From: Oscillospiraceae bacterium
GTDB taxonomy: Bacteria; Bacillota; Clostridia; Oscillospirales; Oscillospiraceae
Length of the DNA: 64,000 bases
NCBI GenBank assembly: GCA_902795345.1
Contig: CADBKO010000006.1
Coordinates: 5,577-69,576, forward strand
Reading direction: 5' to 3'
The notes beneath the pieces are model-generated. The model was not told the DNA's origin, did not search any database, and saw nothing but the letters and a program-made list of their open reading frames with translations. Shown here piece by piece: positions 8,209 to 17,132 of this stretch (position 1 is its first letter; the number at the start of each line of letters is the position of its first letter). The position numbers and the translations under genes are program-made.

Positions 8209-9570
8209 TTATTCCAGCCCCTGGGACTGGGCGATGGCGTCGTACCAGGCACTCATGACGTCATTGGCCGTGGTGTCGTCGGCAAACTCCGCTCTGAACA
8301 GGACCGTATACTCCCCGTCCTCGACGGTCACGACCTTGCGGATGAGGTTCTTATCCCCGAAGAGGAAATCATAGCGGGTGTTTTCTTCTGGGAGCTGAAG
8401 CACCACATACTCCCCGTCGGACCCCTCTTCATCATTTTCGAAGGTATATGTCCCCTCCAGCAGTTTTTCCACGAAGGGGGCGGGGTCAACCTCGCCGGGC
8501 TCCAGGGCCAGGTATTTCAGCGTGCTGATGGTATAGGGCTCGATGCCGCAGAGGATGCGGTTCAGGGTGATCTCCAGGTCGCTGTTGCCCCGGTGGAAGG
8601 GCTCCAGGCCGTTGGCCTCCGTGAAAGCGGCGGGGATCTCGGCAGCCCATGCATTCAGGGCAGTCCACTGCTCCATGTCCTCCTCGGTGAAGGTCCCTTC
8701 CCGCTCCAGGCGCACATCCGTGGGGGTGCAGAGGAGATAGGCATTGCCTTCCTCGTCCCTGGCGAAGGGCGCCATGCCGGACATATCGTAGCAGAGCATA
8801 TCCTGCAGGGCTTCCCCGGAGACCTTGCGGATGGCAAAGAGCCAGCCCGCGCCGTCGTAGGGATTCTCCCTGGCCTGGGCGGCCTCCACGGAGGCCTTTT
8901 CGGAAACGGTGAACAGGGTGCCGAATTCATCCGCCGCGGGCGCTTCCGCGATCACCAGCTCCGCTTTGTCGGCGGGGATGGTGAGGGTCAGGCCCCCGTT
9001 TTCCAGGACCAGGCCGGTTTCCCCGTCGGTGACGGCGGCCTGGAAACGCTCCAGGATGGCAGCCGCTTCCGCAGCAGACAGGCTGCTCTTGGGGCAGAGC
9101 CCTTCCTCGGAACCGGTGAGGATGCCGTTCATCACCACCCAATGCATGGCTTCGTCCGCATAGGCAGAAATCTCCCCGGCGTCGGGATAGTCCAGCAGGA
9201 ACATCCACATGCCCTGGAAGCCCTTGCCCTGCGTCTGGGCGCAGCGGTAAAGGATGGCGGCCAGCTGTTCCCGGGTGACCGGATCGGCGGCGCCGAAGGA
9301 CCCGTTGCCATAGCCCAGGACGATGCCCTTGGCGGCGGCCCAGTTCACGGCTTCGGCCAGCTCTCCCCCGGCGGGCACGTCGTCAAAATCAGCCTGGGGG
9401 TATTCTCCCATTTCGCCGCAGAGGGCGTAAAGGGCGGTGACTGCGTCTCCCCGGGTGCAAAGGGCTTCCCCGGCTTCCTCCCCGGCGGCCATGGCCGGAA
9501 GGGCGAGGCTCAGCGCCAGTACCAGCACCAGGGCCAGCACCAGAGACAGACTGCGTTTACTTCTCTTCAT
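8209..9570 (-). CDS. SLH-domain surface protein (N-terminal SLH repeats, C-terminal domain of unknown function)
   Basis: Signal peptide MKRSKRSLSLVLALVLVLALSLALPAMA. SLH-like DFDDVPAGGELAEAVNWAAAKGIVLGYGNGSFGAADPVTREQLAAILYR and a second copy (YPDAGEISAYADEAMHWVVMNGILTG). Confidence 0.75.
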   Translation of the reverse strand: MKRSKRSLSLVLALVLVLALSLALPAMAAGEEAGEALCTRGDAVTALYALCGEMGEYPQADFDDVPAGGELAEAVNWAAAKGIVLGYGNGSFGAADPVTREQLAAILYRCAQTQGKGFQGMWMFLLDYPDAGEISAYADEAMHWVVMNGILTGSEEGLCPKSSLSAAEAAAILERFQAAVTDGETGLVLENGGLTLTIPADKAELVIAEAPAADEFGTLFTVSEKASVEAAQARENPYDGAGWLFAIRKVSGEALQDMLCYDMSGMAPFARDEEGNAYLLCTPTDVRLEREGTFTEEDMEQWTALNAWAAEIPAAFTEANGLEPFHRGNSDLEITLNRILCGIEPYTISTLKYLALEPGEVDPAPFVEKLLEGTYTFENDEEGSDGEYVVLQLPEENTRYDFLFGDKNLIRKVVTVEDGEYTVLFRAEFADDTTANDVMSAWYDAIAQSQGLE

Positions 9571-9834
9571 GGTTTCTTTCTCCTCCTTTTGAGGCTGGAA
9601 TGACAGCCTATTCCCGGCGGATGCCGGACCAGCGCGGTCCGGTGTCCGCCGGGCGTTCCATATATTAACACCATCTGTGCCCTTTGTCCACCCCGGAATG
9701 ACCGATCCGCGTATTCCACCAAGCTTTTACGGACAAGCGGAGCGGCTTGACAGAAGCCCCCGGGCAGCCGATAATAAACGACAGGTCCCGAAAGGCAACA
9801 CGACCTCCTTCGGGACCGGAAAGGAACGCTGCAC

Positions 9835-10476
9835 ATGAGCATGAACAAAGACAAGATCGAGACCCTGTACGAATCCAGGTTCCTGAAATGCTACGACCTT
9901 CAATACGCCGAGGGGAAGCACTATTACGAGGCCTCCCGCCGGGGGAAGGACGAGCTGGTGGTGAAAAAGACGGACGGGGAATTCCGGGAGATGCTCCCCG
10001 ACGCCGTGACGGTCGCCGTGGTGCTGCACCTTCCCGGAGGCGAGACCCGCCTCCTCATGAGCTATGAATACCGCTATCCCGTGGGGCAGTATCTCCTGAG
10101 CCCGGTGGCGGGGCTGCTGGACCCGGAGGATCGGGAAAGCCCGGAGCCGCTGGTGAGCGCGGCCATCCGGGAGATCCGGGAGGAGAGCGGCCTGACGGTG
10201 AAGGAGAGCGACCGCATCACCGTCCTGAATCCCTGCGCCTTCTGCACCCCCGGCATCACGGACGAGTCCAACGCCTTCCTCTGCGCCGAGATCACCCTGG
10301 ACGACCTGGGAGAGCTGAACCAGAACGGCGCGGTGGGGGCGGAGCAGTTTCGCGGCTTCGAGCTGCTGGACCGGGAGCGGGCCCGGAAGATATTCCAAAG
10401 CGGCAGGGATGAAAAGGGCAATTTCTACTCCCTGGCCGCCTGGATGGTGCTCAGCATTTTCCTGAGCATGTTCTGA
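9835..10476 (+). CDS. NUDIX hydrolase (ADP-ribose pyrophosphatase-like)
   Basis: Nudix box GLLDPEDRESPEPLVSAAIREIREESGL. Confidence 0.8.
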   Translation: MSMNKDKIETLYESRFLKCYDLQYAEGKHYYEASRRGKDELVVKKTDGEFREMLPDAVTVAVVLHLPGGETRLLMSYEYRYPVGQYLLSPVAGLLDPEDRESPEPLVSAAIREIREESGLTVKESDRITVLNPCAFCTPGITDESNAFLCAEITLDDLGELNQNGAVGAEQFRGFELLDRERARKIFQSGRDEKGNFYSLAAWMVLSIFLSMF

Positions 10477-10479
10477 CCC

Positions 10480-10812
10480 TCAGCCGTATTTGGCGTGCAC
10501 GAAGCCGGCGGCGATCATGACGACGATGAACATGACCGTGGAAGCGATGGTGCTGGCGAGCTGTATCGTCTTTACGGTGCTGTTTTTGACGCCGAAGAGC
10601 ATCATGCCGCTGGTGACGAGGCTGACGGCAGTGAAGAAGAGCTGCAGGTATACCAGCGCCGACTGCCCGGAAAGGCCCAAGCGGCCGATGGCGCTGTGCC
10701 GCCACTGGCGCACCTCTCCCCCGGGCATCACGGCCCGGTCCGTATACAGCGTCAGGTTCAGGACGACGCAATAGACGATATTCACGACGATGGAAATGAG
10801 ACTGCGCAGCAT
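10480..10812 (-). CDS. Small integral membrane protein, unknown function
   Basis: About 110 aa with 3-4 hydrophobic helices, 39 nt downstream of the MATE gene on the same strand. The track start at 10818 is GTG. ATG 10812 has better spacing to GAGGAG. Confidence 0.5.
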   Translation of the reverse strand: MLRSLISIVVNIVYCVVLNLTLYTDRAVMPGGEVRQWRHSAIGRLGLSGQSALVYLQLFFTAVSLVTSGMMLFGVKNSTVKTIQLASTIASTVMFIVVMIAAGFVHAKYG

Positions 10813-10856
10813 AGGCACCGCTCCTCTGAATGAGATTTTCTATTCTCCCGGTCCGG

Positions 10857-12230
10857 TCATTCCGTCAGGAGTTTTCGCGTTTTCCACTTTCCGCTGAAAT
10901 AATAGATCATGCAGATGATCATGGGACCCACCCGGCACAGGGCGTTGCCCCACCAATAGCTGTAAACCCCCAGATGGAAGAGCTTCTCGAAGAGCAGGCT
11001 GATGCCCACCCGGAACACCACATCCAGGATGCCGATGAAGAAGCCCATGGAGGCGAAGCCGGAGCCATTGACCATGGCGAAGAAGGGGCCCATGAGAGCG
11101 CCGCAGTAGAAGGTGGCCACCATGATCTGCATGAACACCCTCCCCATGGCGACGACCTCCGCATCCTTGGTGAAGACGCCGTAAAGGGTGTCGGAAAAAA
11201 GGAGGCCCACCAGGGAGGTGACGGTGGCCAGGATCATGGTGCACACCAGGGTGCCCCGGATGGTCTTCGTGCAGCGGTCGGTCTTCCGGGCCCCCAGGTT
11301 CTGGCCGATCATGGTGGAGGCCGCCCCGTCTATGCCCATCACAAAGACGTTGCAGAAGCGCTGGATCTTGTTGCCCACGCTGTTGGTGGCGGAGGGGACG
11401 ATGCCATAGGCATTGATCCGCGCCGTGCAGTAGAGCATGGAAAAGTGGATGGCGATATTCTGCACCACCCGGGGGATGCCCAGGACCAGAATGATCCTGA
11501 GGGGCTCCCAGCGGATCCGGAAGGTATCCCAGTTGAATTTCAGGTCCAGAGCGTCCCGCTTCTTATACAGGTAGACGCAGGCGGCGATGCAGGAGCCGAA
11601 CTGGGAGGCGGCGGTGGCGACGGCGGTGCCGGCGGCGCCCATGTGGAACCAGGCCACCAGGACGATGTCCAGGACGATGTTCACCGCCGCCGCCACGATG
11701 ATGAACAGCAGGGGCCGCTTGCTCTCCCCCATGCCCCGCAGGACGCTGCATATGCCGTTGTAGATGAATACCGCCGGCATAGCCAGGGCGGTGATGGACA
11801 AATATCCTGCCGCGCCGGCGACGGCCTCCTCCGGGCAGTTCAGCCAGCCCAGGATCTGCCAGCGCAGGGTCAGGGCCCCCACGGTGAAGAAGACGCTCAG
11901 GAGGAGCATCCAGCTGAGCAGGGTGCCCACGGTATGCCGGGTCTTGGTCTTGTCCCCGGCGCCGGTGAGCTGGGCGATATAGACCTGCCCCGCAGTGGAG
12001 AAGGCCATGGCCAGAGGGGCCACCAGGTCCGAAACGTCGCTGCCCTGGGCCACCTCCACGGTGCCGATCTTGTCCGTGAACTGGCCGATGACCGCCAGGT
12101 CCACGGCGGAATACAGCTGCTGGATGAGGTTGGTGGCGATGAGGGGCAGGGCGAAGGTGATAAGCGTTTTTGCGATGCTGCCCTGGGTCAGGTCCGTGCC
12201 GATCCGGGCGCTTTTTTCTGCCGATCCCAT
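10857..12230 (-). CDS. MATE family efflux transporter
   Basis: 457 aa and 12-TM-like, with the typical N-terminus ...GSIAKTLITFALPLIATNLIQQLYSAVDLAVIGQF... Confidence 0.85.
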   Translation of the reverse strand: MGSAEKSARIGTDLTQGSIAKTLITFALPLIATNLIQQLYSAVDLAVIGQFTDKIGTVEVAQGSDVSDLVAPLAMAFSTAGQVYIAQLTGAGDKTKTRHTVGTLLSWMLLLSVFFTVGALTLRWQILGWLNCPEEAVAGAAGYLSITALAMPAVFIYNGICSVLRGMGESKRPLLFIIVAAAVNIVLDIVLVAWFHMGAAGTAVATAASQFGSCIAACVYLYKKRDALDLKFNWDTFRIRWEPLRIILVLGIPRVVQNIAIHFSMLYCTARINAYGIVPSATNSVGNKIQRFCNVFVMGIDGAASTMIGQNLGARKTDRCTKTIRGTLVCTMILATVTSLVGLLFSDTLYGVFTKDAEVVAMGRVFMQIMVATFYCGALMGPFFAMVNGSGFASMGFFIGILDVVFRVGISLLFEKLFHLGVYSYWWGNALCRVGPMIICMIYYFSGKWKTRKLLTE

Positions 12231-12520
12231 GGAGACGCCTTACAGAAAAGCGGGCGCTTTATCGCCGCGAACCCCGGCGGCGCGCCCGGCGGGTCCCCCG
12301 ATGCAAACCGCCGCGGCTGCATCGGACCGGCAACCGGTGAGAAGCATGTTCCTTTCCTCCTGTTCCCAACGCAATACATAGGATATTATATTCCAAATCC
12401 GGCGCATTTGCAATTCCCTGCGGGCTCTTTTGCCGGCAGCTTCCCGCAGCGGTTGAACCGGGCCTCCGAATCTGCTATGATTTCCGGAGAACCTTCGGGA
12501 CAGTCGGGAGGCCTGGCGCC

Positions 12521-13009
12521 ATGAAAAAGATCGAGATCATCGGAGAAAGCTACGGCGGGAAGTGGGTCAGATCGCGCACGGCCTGCCGGGGCATCGTGCT
12601 GCGGGACGGGAAGATTCTACTGTCCCACGAGACCGGCTCCGGCCTGTGGATGATCCCCGGGGGCGGGCTGGAGCCCGGCGAGACGGAGGAGGCCTGCTGC
12701 ATCCGCGAGGTGGCGGAGGAGACGGGATTCCTCATCCGGCCCAGCGCCTGCGCGCTGGTGATCGAGGAATATGTGTTCGATCTCCGGCACACTAACCGCT
12801 ATTATCTGGGCACGGTGGAGGGCCTGTGCCGACAAAACCTGACGGAACGGGAAGCCAAGGCCGGGATGGAGCCCCGCTGGCTCACCGTGGAGGAGGCCAA
12901 GGCCGCCTTCTCCGCCCGCCCCGGAGACCATGAGATGCTGAAAATGCTCTATCGGCGGGAACTCACCGCCCTTTGCGAGCTGTTCCCCGAGGACGCCCCC
13001 GGCCTCTGA
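12521..13009 (+). CDS. NUDIX hydrolase
   Basis: Nudix box GGGLEPGETEEACCIREVAEETG. Confidence 0.8.
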   Translation: MKKIEIIGESYGGKWVRSRTACRGIVLRDGKILLSHETGSGLWMIPGGGLEPGETEEACCIREVAEETGFLIRPSACALVIEEYVFDLRHTNRYYLGTVEGLCRQNLTEREAKAGMEPRWLTVEEAKAAFSARPGDHEMLKMLYRRELTALCELFPEDAPGL

Positions 13010-13054
13010 GTGAAAACAGGACTAGGGGGGCAAAAGCCTGTAAGCTGCGGCAGC

Positions 13055-13732
13055 TTACAGGCTTTGCCCGTCCCGGAGATGGGCGGTATCGTTGGAGCAT
13101 TTCAGCTGCGGGATCGCCCCTATCCCGGCCCGGCTGTCCAGCCGCACCACGGTGATGCCGGTGAAATCCAGGTGGAGCAGCGCGATGGCATAGGGGAACG
13201 GGAGACCCAGGATATGGCCCATGGCGGCGCAGGAGGAGCCGCCGTGACTGAACAGGGCCACGGTTTTGTACTGCTCTTCCTCCGCGGTATGGCGGTAATG
13301 CTTCCCTTCCCGGAGATAGCCGAAGCCGGCCAGCCATTCGTCGATCCCCCGCTCCACCCGATCCACACATTCCACGACCCGGTTGGTCCGGAACCAGGGG
13401 GCATCCCGCCAGTCGGGCCTGTTCAGCTCCATCCCCTGCCGGGCCATCTCGTCCGCGATGGCCCAGGGATGGCCGCCGGCATAGAGCTCCTCCCCGTCGG
13501 CGCTTCCCCAGCGCACTTCCTCCATGAAATCCAGGGTCTTTACCGGCAGGCCCAGGACCTCGGCGGCGGCCTGGGCCGTTTCCCGGGCGCGGCCCAGGGG
13601 CGAGGCATAGATCTCCCCGATCCCCTCCCCCAGCAGCCGCTGCGCCGCCTTCTTCGCCTGGACGCGCCCAAGCTCCGTCAGGCAGTCGCGGGCATAATCC
13701 GGCTCTCCGTGCCGGACAAAAACGATCCTCAT
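13055..13732 (-). CDS. Histidine phosphatase (phosphoglycerate-mutase) family protein
   Basis: N-terminal MRIVFVRHGEPDY (RHG motif) and a later ...FSHGG... motif. Confidence 0.8.
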   Translation of the reverse strand: MRIVFVRHGEPDYARDCLTELGRVQAKKAAQRLLGEGIGEIYASPLGRARETAQAAAEVLGLPVKTLDFMEEVRWGSADGEELYAGGHPWAIADEMARQGMELNRPDWRDAPWFRTNRVVECVDRVERGIDEWLAGFGYLREGKHYRHTAEEEQYKTVALFSHGGSSCAAMGHILGLPFPYAIALLHLDFTGITVVRLDSRAGIGAIPQLKCSNDTAHLRDGQSL

Positions 13733-13766
13733 ATCCCGTCCCCCCGTATTCTTCTCTATGCTTTCG

Positions 13767-14105
13767 TTACCGCCGGAAAGGGTCCTTTTCCGTGCCCCGG
13801 TAACAATCCCGTATTCCCTTCCGATAGCGGAACATGGTGCGCTGCTTCCAATTGTTCACGTCCTCCGGGGAGATGTCCACCACCTTGCAGTGGGATTCCA
13901 GTTCCTCTTTGCTGAACAGCAGCGTCGTCACATTGGGGGAATAGCGCTTGTAGCCCTTGGCGGTCATAAAGGCGTCCCACCGCCCATGGTCCGAGGCCAG
14001 GTCGATGCTGAACCCCTGTGCCTGCACGTCGGCGTACTTCTCCAGGAGCCCGGTCAGCTCCTCCGATGCCTCTGCAAGGCTTCCGCTTTTTTCCTTCACC
14101 GCCAC
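13767..14105 (-). CDS. Hypothetical protein
   Basis: 112-aa ORF with a GTG start at 14105 preceded by GGAGGAAGG. I recognise no motif. Confidence 0.4.
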   Translation of the reverse strand: MAVKEKSGSLAEASEELTGLLEKYADVQAQGFSIDLASDHGRWDAFMTAKGYKRYSPNVTTLLFSKEELESHCKVVDISPEDVNNWKQRTMFRYRKGIRDCYRGTEKDPFRR

Positions 14106-14401
14106 GCCCCTTCCTCCGTGCAGTTCATATGTGCCGGCTCCTTTCCCCGCCCCGACAGGGCGGGTCCTGACGCGGCTATTCTATCAGGCTGGCCCCGGTC
14201 ATGACAACCAAAATGTTAAAACTGCCCCCGGACTTCGGGAGAAGCGGCGCAGATTTCGTATTTCCCCTTTCCGTTTTCCCGGAACTGCGCTATAATGGAG
14301 TAAATAACGAAACTGCGCCGGAGGAACCGGCGGCGCCGAAGGACAAAGACGCCATGTGAACAAGGAAACAAAATTTGAATTTATAGAAAGGAAATGGAAT
14401 C

Positions 14402-15043
14402 ATGGACAACGAAAAATTCGATCTGCGGAAAGCGCAGGAGGCCCTGGCGGAGAAGACCTACGTTCTGACCGAAGAAGAGAAGAAAAAGAGCAAATTCGGC
14501 AAGCTGGTCTTTGAATTCCCCCAGGAGCGGAACGAAGTGGTGGCCGAGGGCGACCCGGAGGACTTCGTGGTGAAGCCCCAGGCCTATTTCCGCGGCGCCA
14601 GCCAGATCCCCGGAAGCGAATTTAACCAGAGCTATCAGATCTTCGTCAAGCCCTTCTTCCTGGACCGCGTCCAGCACCGCCATGTGAAGGACGAGTTCCT
14701 GGTGTTCCTGGGCGCTTCCTTCCCCAATGTGTTCGATTTTGACGCCAAGATCGAGTTCACCCTGGGCAAGGGGGACGAGGCGGAGACCTACGTCATCACC
14801 AAGCCCACCATCATCCGCATCCCCGCCGGCGTGTACCACTGTCCCCTGAACTTCAAGGAGGTCAACAAGCCGGTGCTGTTCCTGGCCACCCTGTTCACCC
14901 CAATGTTCGGCGGCGTGTACGATATGCCCAACGGCAAGACCATGGAGATGTACTACAACGGCCCCGTGCCCTGCAAGTACAATCCCGACAAGAAGTGCGA
15001 TTCCTGCGGCAAGTGCCTCCAGGAGAGCTGGGAAAACAACTGA
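14402..15043 (+). CDS. Cupin-like protein with a C-terminal Cys cluster, unknown function
   Basis: 213 aa. Has beta-barrel-like ...HRHVKDEFLVFLG...IIRIPAGVYHCP... and a tail CKYNPDKKCDSCGKC. A TATAAT at 14291-14296 lies upstream. Confidence 0.55.
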   Translation: MDNEKFDLRKAQEALAEKTYVLTEEEKKKSKFGKLVFEFPQERNEVVAEGDPEDFVVKPQAYFRGASQIPGSEFNQSYQIFVKPFFLDRVQHRHVKDEFLVFLGASFPNVFDFDAKIEFTLGKGDEAETYVITKPTIIRIPAGVYHCPLNFKEVNKPVLFLATLFTPMFGGVYDMPNGKTMEMYYNGPVPCKYNPDKKCDSCGKCLQESWENN

Positions 15044-15051
15044 ACATAAAG

Positions 15052-15087
15052 AAACAGGTCCGGCTGCGATTGCAGCCGGACCTGTTT
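15052..15087. terminator. Bidirectional hairpin terminator between convergent genes
   Basis: aaacaggtccggctgc-gatt-gcagccggacctgttt, flanked by an A-run and a T-run. Confidence 0.7.
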
Positions 15088-15100
15088 TCGCCTGTCGGTA

Positions 15101-16846
15101 TCAGGCGATGCCGCCGGCGGCGGAGGCCTGGATGCGGTCCATGCGGGCATAGCTGCCCCCCAGGGCCACCAGCTGGGCATGGGTGCCGCACTCCGTCACC
15201 TGCCCGTTCTCGATCACCAGGATCATGTCCGCGTTGCGGATGGTGCTGAGGCGGTGGGCGATGGCCACGATGGTGCGCTGCCCGGCGATGGAGGCGATGG
15301 CGGTCTGGATCTGCCGCTCCGTCTCCACGTCCACGGAGGCGGTGGCCTCGTCCAGGATGATGATGGGGCTGCGCCGCAGGATGGCCCGGGCGATGGCGAC
15401 GCGCTGCTTCTGGCCGCCGGAGAGGCGCAGGCCCCGCTCCCCCACCTGGGTATCGTAGCCGTCGGGCATGGCCAGGATGTCCTCGTGGATATTGGCGGCC
15501 ATGGCGGCGGCCCGGATCTCCTCCAAGGTGGCCTCGGGCACGGCATAGCCGATGTTCTCCGCGATGCTGCCGTTGAACAGGAAGGTATCCTGGAGCACGG
15601 GCGAGATATTCCGCCGCAGGCTCTCGATGGTCACGTCCCGGATATCCTGCCCGTCGATGAGGATGCTCCCCGACGTGGGCTCATAGAAGCGGGAGATGAG
15701 CTGGGTGAGGGTGGTCTTTCCCACGCCGGTGGGCCCCACCAGGGCCAGCATCTTCCCCGCCTCGCAGCGGAAGGAGATGTCCTTCAGAACGGGGATGCCT
15801 TCCAGGTAGGAGAAGTCCACATGGCGGAATTCGATCTCCCCCTTCACATCCTTCAGCTCCTTCGCCTTCGGCCTGTCTACGATCTCCAGGGGGGCGTCCA
15901 GGACGGCGACCACACGCTCCGCCCCCGCCAGGGCCTGCTGCATGTTCTCCAGCAGGTTCGCAAGGCCGGTCACAGGCGCATAGAACAGGCCCAGGTACAG
16001 CACGAAGGCCACCACGGCCTCCACCGCCAGCCCCTCCCGATAGGCCAGGAGGCCGCCGAAGGCCACCACCAGGATGGTGCCGATGGAGGAGATGAACTCC
16101 ACGGAGGGGTGGAAGATGGCGCTGAGACGCAGGGCGAAAAGCTGGGCGTTCACCTGCTCGAAGTTCTTCTCGTTCACCTGCTCCGTCTCATAGTCCTCCC
16201 GGCCGAAGGACTGGATCTCATGGAGGCCGGACAGGTTATCCTGGAGCTTGCCGTTGAGCTCGCCCGTCTTCTTCTGGGTCAGGCGGAAATAGGGCCGCAC
16301 CTTCTTGGAGAAGATCACCCCGGAAAGGAGGATCAGGGGGATGGGGGCGCAGGTGATGAGGGCCAGCTTCCAGTTGATGGTCAGCAGGACGATCAGCACC
16401 CCCAGGAAGGTCACCAGATTGGTGAAGCTCTCCGGGATGATGTGGGCATAGAGCTGCTCGAAATCCCGGGTGTCGTTCACCACCCGGCTCATGAGGTCGC
16501 CGGTCTGCTTGTCGTGGAAATAGCCCAGGTGCATCCGTTCCAGCTTGTTGTAGGTCCTGGTGCGCAGGTCCCCCACCAGGTTCCAGGCCGCCTTGTGGGC
16601 CAGATAATTGCTCAGGAAGCGGAAGACCACCCGCAGAAGATACAGGCCGGTCAGCATGGCGGTGAGCACCCACACCCGGTTGAGGGCGGCCCTGTCCACC
16701 CCTCGGGCCACCAGGCCCGTCATGGCGGAGAGGACCTTGGGGGCCGCCAGGTTCACCGCCGTGAGGCAGAAGGTGGAGAGGATGGCGATGATATACAGGG
16801 CCTTGTACCGGATCGCCTCTTTGCCCAGTCTCCAAAGTATCTTCAT
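15101..16846 (-). CDS. ABC exporter, fused permease-ATPase (MsbA/MdlB-like)
   Basis: 581 aa. N-terminal 6-TM domain, Walker A GPTGVGKTT, signature LSGGQKQRVAIARA, Walker B IIILDEATS. Confidence 0.9.
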   Translation of the reverse strand: MKILWRLGKEAIRYKALYIIAILSTFCLTAVNLAAPKVLSAMTGLVARGVDRAALNRVWVLTAMLTGLYLLRVVFRFLSNYLAHKAAWNLVGDLRTRTYNKLERMHLGYFHDKQTGDLMSRVVNDTRDFEQLYAHIIPESFTNLVTFLGVLIVLLTINWKLALITCAPIPLILLSGVIFSKKVRPYFRLTQKKTGELNGKLQDNLSGLHEIQSFGREDYETEQVNEKNFEQVNAQLFALRLSAIFHPSVEFISSIGTILVVAFGGLLAYREGLAVEAVVAFVLYLGLFYAPVTGLANLLENMQQALAGAERVVAVLDAPLEIVDRPKAKELKDVKGEIEFRHVDFSYLEGIPVLKDISFRCEAGKMLALVGPTGVGKTTLTQLISRFYEPTSGSILIDGQDIRDVTIESLRRNISPVLQDTFLFNGSIAENIGYAVPEATLEEIRAAAMAANIHEDILAMPDGYDTQVGERGLRLSGGQKQRVAIARAILRRSPIIILDEATASVDVETERQIQTAIASIAGQRTIVAIAHRLSTIRNADMILVIENGQVTECGTHAQLVALGGSYARMDRIQASAAGGIA

Positions 16847-16887
16847 GGTCGGGTTCCTCCTTTTCCGGGGAGCGGGTAGTTTTCTTT

Positions 16888-17048
16888 GAGCGTGTTCATA
16901 CTGCCGGAAATGAGCTGGTTTTGAGGCGGCTTTTCGTCAGGCGAGGCACATTTCCGCCGCCATACTCTGTGTATTTCAAGGAAATGCAACGAAGCATGGC
17001 GGAAAGCAGGCCAAAATCCAGCCATTGAGCGGTAGTGTGAACACGCTC
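16888..17048. repeat. About 160-bp long imperfect palindrome (MITE/REP-like structured intergenic element)
   Basis: Ends gagcgtgttcatactgcc and ggtagtgtgaacacgctc are inverted repeats (16/18). Internal arms also pair: gctggttttgaggc with ggccaaaatccagc, and tttccgccgccat with atggcggaaag. Confidence 0.7.
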
Positions 17049-17080
17049 TAGTATAGCATACAACACATATTTGTGTAAAG

Positions 17081-17115
17081 AGAAAAGCCCGCGGACCGTT
17101 TCCGGTCCGCGGGGC
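17081..17115 (-). terminator. Intrinsic terminator of GRE-1
   Basis: The minus strand reads gccccgcggaccgg-aaac-ggtccgcgggc followed by ttttctcttt. Confidence 0.7.
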
Positions 17116-17132
17116 AAGGGTCGTCTTTACGC

